Assembly: GCF_018977255.1 (NCBI RefSeq)
Contig: NW_024704742.1
Location: 20,958,001-21,022,000, forward strand
Origin: Callorhinchus milii
Taxonomy: Eukaryota
Reading direction: 5' to 3'
Length of the DNA: 64,000 nt
Shown piece by piece: positions 25,074 to 38,976 of the stretch. The notes below the pieces were generated by a model that was given only the letters and a program-made list of their open reading frames with translations, did no database searches and was not told where the DNA came from. Each line of letters opens with the position of its first letter. Position 1 is the stretch's first letter. The translations under genes were made by a program, and so were the position numbers.

Positions 25074-25300
25074 TGGAGACGATTTGTGGGTTGGGTTAAC
25101 AAACCAAGTGCATAATCTGTGAGTTGGGCTCACCATATGCAAACCTTGAATTATAGAATCACTTGGAGGCCATTTCCTTGGGTATTAATCACATAATTTA
25201 AGGCATTCCTAATTCTGTTTGCACATATCTTTGGTAGCGGTTAACCTAGTGTGCAAACTATGCACATGGGTATTTAACAAAACCGACAATTTGGACTCCA
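25074..25300. mobile_element. Degenerate palindromic (MITE-like) element downstream of the NPY5R stop
   Basis: Left arm tggagacgatttgtgggttgggttaacaaaccaagtgcata resembles the reverse complement of the right arm (tggagtccaaattgtcggttttgttaaatacccatgtgcata); inner tgcaaac/gtttgca pair. Confidence 0.55.
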
Positions 25301-28300
25301 GTGTATTCAAAGCTGATCATCCCACTTTTGTTGTTTGTACAGTGCAAGTGTTTTGAGACAGGTTAGTGCATTTTAATTTAATACAGAATACAGTTTACAA
25401 TTTAGCCTTCTGATGTTTCCCCAAACTTTTTTTAAAAATTATTTTTAAAAATTGCAATCTTGATCCTGATCACAGCCTATGAACCTGAAAAGGAGATACA
25501 ACCTCAGACAGTGGTTGGTATATATCCTTCATCTTCCTCCACCCTCTTCCCACACAAACACACACTTCAGAATGATTTCCCTGTAAGTACAGTAGCCTTG
25601 TTCATGGTCTCAAATGGACTTTTCAAACTAAAGATTCCTCCTTTCCCTACTTTTTAAGATTGTCCCAGTTTGAAACCTGGTATGATTGATGTACAGAAAA
25701 TGATAGTTACTATACTGATAAGTGGAACAATAGATGTATATACACGATAATTTAAATGATATTTTATATAGTGTTGAAAGGTTCTGAGTACTTCTTGCTT
25801 TATACTTGTATTCAATGAAAATGTTCTTAAAGGGGCTCTTGTCTTCCGCAAACACATGCCATGAGAAAGCAAATGACATCAGAACATATCAGCATATCTT
25901 GTCTGTGACATGAGTATTATGAAAATAATATTTTCGGGCTCTTCTCCATTTAGAAGCAAAATATAATTAGCCCAACATTTTTTTCATGGAGACAGTGCAC
26001 CTTAAATGTTGGTATCTCACTGTGTTGCATCACTGTTCCGTTACAATGGTTGGGAATGGAATAACTGTTTTTTGTGAAAAAGTATATTTTATTCTGAAGT
26101 CATTATTGTATTGCAATGCTGGATTTTCTAAAAAGATTTACTATAACTTTGTAAAGAATTACATATGCCTGGAATGTGGTGTTTGATCAGCTACTCAGAA
26201 TTGTTATTGTTTTTCATGCAACACAAAACATTGATTGTTTTTCATGCAACACCTTGGGATATTCTCCTGACGTGAAAGCCACTTTACAAATGTAATTTTG
26301 TTGTTGTTGTTAACACCAAATGTAGTAATAGGTTAGAGCATTTTACAATTTTGTCATAGAATACTAAGATTGGGAATTAAGCACTTTGAGATTTCCTCCT
26401 GACATGAAAGGCGCTATAGCAATGGAGATTTTATTGTAAATTGTATTGGATTTGTAATCTCACAAGTTTTACTTTAAGAAAAAACTTTTTACAGTTTTAT
26501 AATAACGGTGTGATTGCACAGTTCAAAACAATGACTTACACGGGAGCTATCCACAGGAAATATAAAATTAATAATAAACTGAAAATGTTTAGTAAATTGA
26601 GACAAAGATTTTGTTTTTACTATAGGTATGATGGTTGCAATCAATACATGAGGGTCCTGAGTTGATACAGGTGGAATCTGGTGTGGGTTCCATATCAAGA
26701 GGTTACCTGTGAGGGCTATTCCCTCCTGCGCCATAAGATATTGTATGCTGATATCATTCACTAATAACAATGATTTGCAGAAATTTGATAAGACCTACTG
26801 CCTGAAATATACAACTGTCAAATGGCAAGCATGTCTCCAGTGGGTGCACACAGGAGAAAAGGCAGGAGATTTTCAAAATGAACAAGTCAGAGTTAAGAAA
26901 TGGCTGATTGTCAAAACTGATCCAATATTCAAGCTGACCCAGACTTGAAAAAAAGTGTTTTCCCATTGGATATTGAATTGCCTTATAAGTGTGCGCATTG
27001 TTTCTATTATTGTAACAAAGAATAATATCCTGTAAATCTCTAAATTGCGCGTTTATTCAGTGATAAATAAAGAGAACGAAATGATGCACTGTTCCATTTC
27101 TATGTTTTTCTTTCTTTTTACACTGCTGTTTCTTAAAAGAATTTACAGAAAACTGGCTTCCAAATTAAGGCTGTATTTAAAAATATTGCCAAATTCTAGA
27201 AGCTCTGAAATGTTATGTTAATAGAGTAAATCTAGACCCAGTTGGAATTTCTCCCCATATGTATGTTAATAATACTTTAGCGGCAGTACAAGCAAGAGAC
27301 CATAGTTGCAATGCCATTTGCATTGGTACAAGCTGACTGGGGGAGAGAGACAGGATTCAGATGTACGCACAGTGTGCTGGTCTCTATTTTCCACCACAGG
27401 TTTCTTTCTTTCAAGGGAGAAGAACTGACAAGAAGTGGATCCCGGATCAAACAAGAAATTGCTCTTGAACGCACGTACAATAAGAATGCAGAACAATTGT
27501 CTGGAAAGTTGAAGTTGTCAGTGATGGTCCTCACGCTGACTCAACTAATCCATCCCGATATGTTTGCCTAAATTAGTTTGCGAAACTAGTCTGTTTTAAC
27601 TCACATTCCGACTCCAGCAAACTGATGCTAAAACTATTAACATACAACAGAGGTGTGAAGACTGCTTGGAAGGCCAAATCTGATGGATGGAATTAACTGA
27701 TAAGAGCTGAGTGGAAGTGGCATGAGAACACAGCCACAGCAGGTATCAATGGTGAAGTGTTGTGACATACATGCATTTGCCTAGTTATGTGAACTGACTG
27801 ATTGAAAACTATACCTTTGAGATAAGACTCTTCATTATCCTTATGAATTAAAAACAATAATTCAATTATTTTGAGGATGGATCCAGGTGTGACACCCGTA
27901 TTAGTACTGATCTCATTTTAGGAACACACATATGAACTAAATCAACCAGCAAATGAGGATCAATCCTAACAATACAAATCTCAGCTCACTGTTGACTGAA
28001 GAGATCGTAATATCAGCCACTTCGGTACATTTTATAATAATATTGATTAATCTACTTTTTTGACTTTTTAGAAATGTTGGAGCATTATGTAGGTGATAAG
28101 TCTGATATGTGTGGTAGAGAGACTGTTGGAATTTCCATGTGTGGGTGGGATGAATGGAATTCTCAGTTTAGTTTGGATACTCTTAAGCATGAGGATGGGT
28201 TTCTGCATGTGTCAGACACCTGGCTGACCAAAAAAAACTAATAATGTTCTACCACACAGATCAGAAGAATCACTTGTCTCAGCAGCTGTGTCAGGAAGGC

Positions 28301-31300
28301 CTTCAAAATCACATCAATTGCCCCTTTTCCTACATCTTAAAGAGGTTTTAATTTATATAAATAGACATTGAAGGATTTAACAGATGAATTAGATTACAAA
28401 GGATTTGCATATCCCATGGGCTATTATATGAAACACAATAGGTTTCACATAAGCAGACTCATATATAACAGGATTGATGGTCCCACTGAATTACATGCAA
28501 TTCCAACATTTTCCCTTTTGATTTTTTTTTACTGACTACAATGTACAACAATTTTGAATACATCAGAATATTGCCAGGATTTTGCTTTGTATGGATTGCA
28601 TAAATAGTACGTGATTTTGACTATAATTATGGAAGACCCCAAAAGTGGTTGAGAGCAGAATCCAACACAGAACAATAAAAGGCTTGGACCTCTGATAGAT
28701 CATGCAACACCTACTCCACTTCACCCATTATACCACGTGAGCAAAGTTAATAATAATAATAATATGTTCTGCACTATCTGATGTTCAAAGTAACCAAACG
28801 AAAATATCAGAATAGTCAGATAAACCCACATCTCCACTTCTCAAACCTAGCCTCCTCTCTACAGTGATCACTCCACCTCTCTCCTGTCATTAGCAGCACC
28901 AAAATATTGTGAAGTGTGAAGTATCTTCTCAATCTGCACCTAAAACCTTTAATGATGCTTTCAAGGAAATAGTTATCCAATTCTTTTTTGAGCAAGTTAA
29001 TCGATGCAACACCAACATTTTTTGTAGGGATTCAATTGCACATATGCACTTGGATCTACAAAGGTTCATTGTATTAAGAGCATACTATGTACAGTAATGT
29101 TAGAGTTGGTTTGTGCTAAGTATCAGCGGACTAGTAAACACTGAGAGTTTATTCATTACATTAATTTTTAAATCACAAAGGATGAAATTGCCTACTCACA
29201 AAATCAACATCACTTCTTTCATATACTGATGTTGTATTGTTCTTAAATAATTGACATACGTGTGTGAGGGCTGAACAGGAATTTTCTGAATGTCCTTATG
29301 TGTAATAGATTGGAGTTTTCATTTCATTCTAATTTTCAGTGTAATTGATAAAGAGAACTCAGTAAATACTTGGTCTCTATTTTTCAAAAGAGTAGGGATT
29401 GATCTATCTAACACACTGTAATGGGAGCTTGAAATCTAATTATGCATTACTGCATGTAAAGCCAGGGGCTTGTATTAGGTTAAATGTGCCTTATTTCCTG
29501 TTTCATTGTATCTCTTATCATATTAAAATGTTTTATAAATATTTAAAACCAAAAGTAAATCAAGTTGGAACTGTTTGCTTTCCTGGGTTGTTTGTGAGTT
29601 ATTAGCTGTACATTCCTCACACTATTATGTTTGATATTGAAAGTAGTTAATAAATATGAAATGTTTAATAAAAAAAATCCATCTGTCCAAGGACTTTAAG
29701 AATAAGACAATATCCCATGGGGGTGTTAGAACCAAAATATTATGATCAGTTAGATCAGTAGAATCAATATCAATGCTCGTATTCGCTATTGCAGTGTTGT
29801 AAAACTCTTAGTATACTTAGAACATTGATTTTTACAGTATTAATTTTGATCTCCACACACATCTGCCAGAAGATTCAGACGCTGGCCAGTGCCTCAAATT
29901 GCTCTTCCAACTTGAATTGCAATTTGAAAACCATTACGTATGTTAAGAAAATATATGTATTTCAAACATATATAAATTTAATCTTACTTAACAGGCAGTT
30001 CACGGGTATAAGATTCAGGTGTGGGAACATGCCTGAGGGAGCATAACCCCCTTTCTCTTTCTGATGGTGGCACGTCCAATTATGCATGTCTAGTATTTTC
30101 TGTTTTGTTCCAGATTTCCATTAGCTTTTCTTCTCTCTACCACGCAATGTTGGTTCTCGCACTTGTGTTTGCCAAAACAAACACCTGTATGGAAAGTCCA
30201 TCAATATTTGCATGGCTTTTTTGTTTATTATAGTTTTATCAGTTAGGACCACTGAAGTGACTAACATAAATGTTACCGCAAAGGAAATTATTTGTTTATT
30301 CCACAAAGGAAGGAGATGAGACAATTGATTGGTGGCAAAGCTTCCCCTCAGTTACTTTGGTTATACTTTTTAGAATTTCATATTAATTTGTTGAAGAAAA
30401 TTAAAACAGACCTTTTACTGGGAAGTTTGGGTTCGATGTTCCTCCTTCTTCCACAGAGCAGAGTAAAATGAGGTTAGACAGTCTACACGGGAAAACTTCT
30501 ATTATTTACTGCAGTTTCCTGAACTGGCAGAGTTTAACGGGAGAGTAACACCAGTCAACTTCTCAACTCACATATCATAGTACAGTCCACATTCCAGATG
30601 CATTTGATGAGATAACTGGTTATCACATGGTGTGATTGGCTGCATCCATTGCATAATGTGATGGTGGAAATGAAACGAGGACAGGACACCTATTCATAGG
30701 TGAATATTTAAAGAAGACTATGCTAAGTTGTTTTCTTTTGTATAAATGAGTGTAGTTTACCATCAATGCTTGGAAAATCAGAAATGTCATTATTAGATGT
30801 CAAGCCTGTAATTCAAGATCTTTCTTTTTAAAAAAAAATCCAATCTGTTGTTTATTCATATATTTTCAGCCAATTTTGTAGTTTTATAGAGTAGGTGATT
30901 GTTAATAGTTTACTTCAAAAGAAAACAAGAGAGATTCTCATGAAAAAACCCCTTCAGTCCATTGGATCTCATGTTTCCAGAAATACACCCTTTGTTTATT
31001 TGTTAGATTCCCTTCCTAATTGTCTTTTTAAAATCTTTCTCTCCAAATGTTTTGTTGATTCATTAAAAATATATCAATAAAGCAAATTGTATTACCAATA
31101 AATCTGTTTAATTGAATGTATGGTGTTCGTTTTTTATAGCTCCTGCTATTGGAAGCCAAAGGATGTTCCACATGAAAGAAAACAATTGCTCAACATTTTT
31201 CTCATCTCCCCTCTTCCTTCACAATCTCTTAGGGCTTTAACCTTGTAAAGTACTTTCTTGAGCCCATCGTATCTTTCAGTGTCTTCTGTTAGAGAGCACT

Positions 31301-31570
31301 GGCCTGCTTTATGTCATCCACCCTATTTGCCATTGCATCAGTCGGTGGCCTTTCAGCCATTCTGCCACTCTTTTCTGGAATTCCATCCCAGAGATTTCCA
31401 AATCCCTCCCTCCCTCCCTCCTTTAAGGCTAGTCTCAAAATCTACCTCTTTGACCATGCTTTACAGAGTGTTTGCTGAGCAAAGGATAGCTGTAGCTGAG
31501 TAAGTGTGGTTGAAGGAGGTTGCCGAGGTAGGTTGGGGTGAGACTGTGGAGGCATCTGAAGGTGAGAATT

Positions 31571-31944
31571 AATAATAATAATCCTTGCATTTGATATAGC
31601 GCCTTGTTATGTCTTTGAGACGTCTCAAAGCGCTTCACAGAATAGTCTATAAAGTGAATTGACTGTGTATTTTGTGGGCAAAACGTGGCGGCCAATTGCG
31701 CACAGTAGAGTTCCACAAACAGTCGTGGTTTGAGTGACCAAATTATTATTTTTTTTGAAGGGATTACTAGCCCTGGAAAAGCAATCCACCAATCAACTAA
31801 CAACTGGGGTTCCTATTTACATCTAGGTTAAACAGAGGCTTGTGGAGTAAGGAAACATGGCCAACGTTTCGCCCTGTCCAGGAATCAAACCCAGGTCTTC
31901 TTGCTTGTGAGGCAAGTGCTCTAACCACTACGCTACAGGACTCC
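31571..31944 (-). mobile_element. Full-length tRNA-Deu SINE (older subfamily), nested in an L2 fragment (about 31470-32200)
   Basis: Head ..ctacaggactcc, Deu core and aataat tail; flanks are L2-like purine-rich sequence with agaatta on both sides. Confidence 0.88.
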
Positions 31945-33984
31945 ACTACAGAATTAAGATCTGAACTCTATCTGTGGGGAGATGGGGAACTAGTGGAACC
32001 GGATGAAGACAGAGGATGCAGAGCCTGAGTCGTGAGAGGACATGGGCTGTGGCGTTCTGAATAACCTGTAGCTTGTGTAAAAAAGAGCTGGGGAGACCAG
32101 TGAGCAGCCGGTTAGCATAGTTGAGCCTGAATTAGATGAAACTGGATGAGGGTGTTGGCAGTCCCAGTAGTGGCAGAGAAGGGGGGAATTATTTCATAGA
32201 TAGGTCTTCAGAGGTAGATCAAGAGATCAAAGGCACTTCATCACAATGAATATCATTCACACACCTAGTTAGCTTGAATGTCAGACATTTGCTATACGTT
32301 TGAAGTAGGTGCACCTTGAAAATGAAGACATGGAATCCATAAAACATCTGTTACTCAGATTCAACTAACAGTACTAGACATCCTCCTGATATGAAAGGAG
32401 CTATATCAAATATTATTATTATTATGCTTGTTTTTAAGTGAAAGATTGAACACTGGCATGCAAATTAAGAAATGAAAATAGATTCTTCTTAGCCTTTACT
32501 GAGGGACATCTTCAGAGAACGAACATATCAGCCTCTCTACTGACCAAAAAAACAGACTTCATAGAACGACATTGTTATATGTAGGACACAAGGTCAATAA
32601 TTAGTCAATAAATATAGTGATGTTAATGATGTCTGATAACAATCGTCATTCCTCCACCCGTTGGTGACATGAACATTTTTTACCCGCTGTGACTGCAAAC
32701 AGCTAGTATCTAATATGCATGACCTGAAATATAATTATCTTGACGCTGCCGTGAAGTTAAGGTGTTGACCTTTGCTTGGAAGTTCTACATGATTGATTTA
32801 CTCGATTTTGAGCGTGATTTTGAATGGTTGACCAGTCATCATAAATAGAGATATTTGCTCCGAATCAATTCTAAATGTTAAACAAAAAAATCATCGGCAG
32901 GATGTCTCAAAGCATTTTGCAGGATTTACTGTAAAGTTCAGTGACTGAATTTGTAGACGAATGCGGCAGCCAATTTGTGCACAGCAATATCCAACAAACA
33001 GCCATGAAAAGAAGTAATACAGCTATTTAGTGATGTAAATGTATCAAAATTATCATAAATGAATTTTAACCAAGTTCATAATTTGAGGTGCAATTAATTT
33101 ACAGACGTGGACACTGCCAAAAGCAAGTTCATTTATCAAAAACATTTTGAGTGTGTTGTACTTGCTGGATTAGGTCCTTGCCCAGTTTTGGTTACTGTGG
33201 GCCAATATCTCATTGTGCAAAATGTGAACCGAGTAGCTACAACTCATGGAACAGGAGGTAAAGGCAGGTCAATGCTCTGTGCAGTGTTGACATATATCCG
33301 GATTTGTCATCTAGCTGGTCTTTTCCAGTTAGATGATCACTTGGAGGCTCTTTAACTCACAAGACAGAACATCTTTGGAAGATGGAGCTCGTAGAAGAAG
33401 CTATGTCATGTAGCAGGGTAATTGAGCCTATTTATTCCAACAGATCATGTAGTTTGCACTATCACATCATGCACTCTACCCAATGCATTTCATCTCTTGG
33501 GATAAGTGAATAGGTAAAACTTTCAACTCAATAAAAAATTATAGCATATCTCTGTAATCCTCCAAAGTAAACTAACATATTCTGGGTTATAAATGTAACC
33601 TTACTGAACTCAGAGCAATTGCATGCAACAAATGACAAATATGACTTCAGAGAACAGGGATCATCATGTTCTGAAAACATTTGATCTTGTCTATTTGTAC
33701 TTAACTTTATTCTATTCAGGTCTCTTCTTTAGAAATTCAGTCCACTCTTTCGTTTTCAAAAATAAATGAATCAATATAGCATTGATTATCACTTGTGGAA
33801 TTAAGTTCACATATTTAATCTTATGTGTGTTAGTATGTGTGTGGGGGAGGGGTTCCTGCTAATTCCCTATTTTCAATTGAAGTTAATTTTGTGTTCACCT
33901 CTCCTCTAGTCCTAGAAAGATTGCTTAAGTTCAATAACATATTCTTGATTATATTATTCATGCCTCTCAGTATTTGTGTCAGTA

Positions 33985-34200
33985 TGGCTCAGTTGATACT
34001 CGTCCCACTTTTGTACCAGAAAGTTGTGGGTTCAAGTCACAGTCAACTCAAATTGTAGGTTGACACTCCAGTTCAATGTTATCAGAAGTGCAACTTTGTT
34101 GGAGTTGTCCACCTGTTCAGGTGGACGTTAAAGATCCCATGGCACTTATTAAAAAGAGAAGGGAATTTATCCCGGTGTTCAGGCCAACAATCTGTATTGT
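33985..34200 (+). mobile_element. Old tRNA-Deu SINE fragment
   Basis: ggctcagttg..gttgtgggttcaag head; ttcaggtggacgttaaagatcccatggcact Deu segment. Confidence 0.7.
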
Positions 34201-35689
34201 ATCTGGCCAACAATCAATTTTTTAATATGAAAGCTTACGGTAAGCTTTTATATTACAAATAGTGATATAGGAGCTTAGAATGATTGTCTTAAGTATATGG
34301 TTATATATACATTAATTTAGTTCTATGGACACTGGTGGGCTGAGTGAGGCAAAATTAGTTCAGAGGAGTGAGATCTTTTCCGAGGGGGGTCATTTTCAAG
34401 GGGGATATGCATCACTGCTGAGAGTTAGTTAATAATACTTCAAGTGTGGCTTATCGCACATGAATGTTATACAGGGATCAGCTGTACAAAATGGCTGCTT
34501 TGCTGATTTTAGCCGTGCCTGCCTTTTAACAATCATTTAATTGCAGCTTTAGTCTTTGTCAGATAATTCATTCCAATTATTGGTAATTCGACTACAAAAA
34601 TTGTATTTGTGACAATTGCCCCAAAAGTTGGACTAATGCAGAACAATTATTCTAAGTGCAATAAACAGGCAGTATCATTACCATGAGCAGATTGGATCCA
34701 TGTCATCTCTAAATTCAGAAGGTTTTTCTCAATAAAACGAAATGTCTCTGAGCCTCCAACTCTTGCTACATGACTCAATAAATCCTAACATGGGTTAGTT
34801 GGCCACCAGACAATTTCGACAATTTTGCCTACAAAACACACAGTAACACCACTTTACAGAATATTGTATAAACTTAATTTCTTATGATTTAAAAAGGTTC
34901 AATAAGTCCCTGAGCAACTACTATAATAAATGTTTTGCCCTCAAAACACATATAGTTATATCACTTTACAGAATATACTGTTAAGCACTTTGAAATGTCT
35001 CATTGGTACGATGTATCAGATGCAACGATTATTATATAAATGTATATCCAATGACAGAAAGCCTGAAACAATATAAAATCCTCAACAATCCTTGTATTTG
35101 ATATAACATATTCCTGACTGTAGGATGTCTTAAAGTGCACGTGAAAGTATATTGTGAAACGTAGAGACTGTGTATATTGTAAGTGAACTTCGCAGACAAT
35201 TTATTCACACTGATGTCCCACAAGCAGTCATGAAATGAATGGGGATCATTAGACTGGATACTGTCAGAAACTCCCTTCTCTTTTCGAATTATACCACAGG
35301 ATCTGTAACAGCCACCTTTATACGCAGATATAACTTAATGATTTAACTCTCTAAAAATGTCATTCCTGTGAAATTTGCCAAAAGATTACAATTACTTTTA
35401 ATTAATTAATATTTGCTTCACCTTTATAGAAAATTAGCTGAATTTGACTGAACAGTGCAAATCATGTTACAGTACAGCAGGAGATGTCTGATCCTCCATT
35501 TTTTTAGACCAGATTATAATATTAAGATTTCCATCCAGGTGGTAATCTTATTAATGATGTCAGTGATACTCTCTGGGAAATCAATCCTCTTAGATTGCTA
35601 ATATGCCACATTATCGTGGCTGCAGAAATAAGATCAAAATTGGATATTACACAAAATTAAAAAATTAAAAAGATACTGATGTATTCACA

Positions 35690-37130
35690 CAATAAGGGTG
35701 AGAGTCACAAGGAACGCAGGTGGTGGAACAGGGAACCTAAGAGAAGGTAGACAAGTTTTTTCAAATTAAATGGATTCAGGATTATTAGACGATGAGTCAG
35801 ATATGTCGAAGGATCTCTTAGGAAGCTGGATAGCAGATAAATTTCCTGGATGTTCCTCCTTTATGGATCCTAGCTTCTGGGGATGCAGCGCAGAAGATTT
35901 CCACTTGCAAAGTCCAAGATCAAGCAGTGAGGTGGAGTTGTGGCAAACATGGGAAGTGACCGCAGAGAGGGAGGGCTCAGAGAGGTGATCTGTCACACTG
36001 ACCTGTCACTAAACACTCTGGAGGTGGAGTTGGCTTCACAATGGGCATGCAATTTGCCAAGGCTCCTCGCATGAGGCCCTGGATTAAGCAGTTTGTGCTA
36101 TGTAAACCTGGTGTATGCAGCATTGAATCCGGACCTCAAGAAAATCAAGGTGGTTGGCATGTCCCAAGCTGGCCTGTAGTGGTCTGCCAACCACCCTGAT
36201 GGCAGATACCCACCAGATACCTGATGAGGAAACTCTGAGGTTTAGGGTGACAGTTGCTGGAGCAGTTACCTTGAGTACGAGTTTCTGAACACACCTTCGT
36301 ACGTCCAGCGCCTGAAATCCATTTTGATTTGCCTGCAGAGAGACTGTTGCTTAAACTCCGCACCTCCAACTGGTGGAATGATTGATCAATGGGAAGGGAC
36401 ATGTGCCCAAGCTGCGGACAGGAAGATGGTGGCAATGCTCCCGTGCATTTCATGCTGAGCTGTGTTGCCCACCGGGAAACTCGCAGGAAGTTCCTTGTAC
36501 CTACCATCTACCTAGTGAGTGCTCAGATGTCAAAAGACCAACTGTCCTCCTTGGGATCTCCTTAAAGCTGAACTGGCTCCAAAGTGACATGTTTGGCTAC
36601 GAAATGTCAGAATCGAGCCAGCCCTCTGCGGCGGTCTCGATAGTCCGGTTCCTGAGTCAGGCATGTCCACAGTATTCCAGCGCACTGCTGATAACAGCAC
36701 AGCTAGCCTGGCTCATGGGCAGACCAGTTACTGGGGTAGGAAGTCATCTCACTCAGCTCCTGTTAACTCTGCAAGCCAAAGCCCTAACAAGTAGGATGGT
36801 CCTCACTGGACAAGCAGTTTGGAAAGCTTGCTATTCAGTGCCATCAATGGAAAGCTATGCGGTTTTAGCTGGTTAGACTCCAGCAATACCCCCAGCGTAC
36901 ACTCTGAGGTCACCAAGCCTTGGCTCTTGCCAACCTTCGTCTAATACTTTGTGGGATTAGATAAGCAGGATGCGTCCGCCAGGGAGAGAGTGCACATTCC
37001 ATTCCAATAAACGTCTCTTGAATTTACAATGTGTAGTTGAGTTGAAGGGAATTCTCAGTTTAGTTTGTATACTCTTAAGCACGGTCATGGATTTCCGCAA
37101 GTGTCATACACATTGCTGACCAAAAAAAAA
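35690..37130. mobile_element. Unclassified interspersed repeat (longest copy); left boundary uncertain
   Basis: 36550-37005 matches 46185-46630 in reverse complement; 36955-37130 matches 58838-59003 and 28130-28237. Confidence 0.65.
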
Positions 37131-38584
37131 TCCTGTTTTTTTACATAAAGGGAAAAGTTGCAGCAAAGGAATCTTTTGGGGGCTTGGTTGGTAGCAAGCA
37201 TTCCGCATTTGCTAAGTTATTCTAGTCGCTACCATCCACTTCAAAGCAATTATCAAAAAGGGGAGTATTAAGAAATGAGTGTAACTGTCCTGAAGCAAAA
37301 AGGATCACTGGAAAGCTTTAATCCTGTTATGGAAATGTTCGACAATAAAGTACTGTTAACAATTCTGTTGTTGTTAAGGAAAGTAAAGTGTTCCTCTTTA
37401 TACAAAAAAAACACAACAACAACAATGATTTGCATTTATACAATGCCCTTACACACTGGGTAGCATCTGGTCAAGATTGACGCCGAGCAGGTGGGGAGCA
37501 GGAAGGTGACGATGCACAGTTAAAAGGGAAGGTTTTCAGCCGAAGACGGGAAAGGAGGAAACAAAGCAGAGAGATTGGGGCAATGAGTTCCAGAATTTGG
37601 GGAAAACTAGAAGGATGAATTGTAATGTTCATAATAATAATGTTTATGACAATGAAATTACTTAATAGTATTGTAATAGTATGGTGTTAATATTAATAAT
37701 ACATAATCCTGACATCTGAGAAATTAATATTTATTCCAGTTTCAATTGAAAACTTTTTAAAGATGACCAATTTAGGGAGACTGGAAATTCCTAATGACCT
37801 ACCAGCAAGCAGTAGATTAAGTTTGTAAACATCTCTTATTGTCAAACATTTATTTTTTGCCAGATACGTTTTCATACAAAGTGTGAATTTAGCTGAATCC
37901 AACATGCAATAACTGCACTATGCCCTGTATGTCAGCAGTACTACTGTTGCTTTTCCAAATCAATATTGCACAATAATCTTAAGATAACAGAACACTATTT
38001 AATGGTTTATATTTAACTGGTGATTGCCTTAAAAAAGCCCGAGTTGTTGAGTCAGAGGATTTTTCAGTTAAATTAACCATGCAGCACAATACTTATCTAG
38101 CTTGGGCCACCCAACCTTTCATGGTTTGGCTTACATGGTTGAGGGAAAGTTTATATCTGTAAGTCTCATTGATGAGTCAGGCAGTCTAGTATACCATCAA
38201 TATACTGTAAACCTGCATGGATTTACCACATATGTCTCTTAGAAGCCAGTTCAGCCCCAGGACGAATCCGCATTGGATTTACAGAGCACCATGTCATATT
38301 TCAACACAAATCCATAGCTCATGAATACTGGTAGCAAAACATACAGTCATAACTAGAAGGTTATTCCTTTTGGATGGAATCAGCAACCAAATCAGCAGAA
38401 AAATATGATGCTATATAATGAATCAGAGGCAATAGTTATTTCTAAATGAGAATAACTCAAATCCCCTTGCAGTCTGAAAGAGACATTATGAGTCACAGGG
38501 ACCTCTGCAGGCAGTAAGATTTTGATTATTTGAAAGAACATTGTGCCAATAAACACAGATGAATTTGGTATTTAAGGGATGTAA

Positions 38585-38976
38585 CTGAGTGACAATAAGA
38601 TTTTTGTGGGTTCAAGCCCTATATTACGACTTTGAGCTCAGCATCTAGGCTGACAATCCAATACAGTGCTGGGAAAGCATAAAATCGTCATAGATGCTAG
38701 ACTTCAGATGAGACATTAAACTGAGGTCCTGTATGCCCAGGCAGTTGGATGTTAAAGATCCCAAAAAGAAAAGGGAATTTAATTTGGTGTCGAAACCAAC
38801 AACATCAAATGATAAAATTGATCATTCATTTCATGTCTGTCAGTGTGACTTTGCTGTGCACAAATTGGCTGCTGTATTCACCTACAAAATACACAGTCAC
38901 TGCACATTACAGTAAATGCTGTGAAGCACTTTGAGACGTTTTGATGTTATGTCAAATGCAAAGATTATTATTATTA
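38585..38976 (+). mobile_element. Old tRNA-Deu SINE
   Basis: gtgggttcaagccc head; gatgttaaagatccc; gctgtgcacaaattggctgctg; tail aaatgcaaagattattatt. Confidence 0.8.

Noticed and set aside
26206..26252. 19-bp direct repeat attgtttttcatgcaacac x2
   Set aside because: Only two units; a local duplication beside an L2 tail fragment, not an array
27416..27571. Exon-like ORF GEELTRSGSRIKQEIALERTYNK after a good acceptor
   Set aside because: No recognisable homology, clear donor or partner exons
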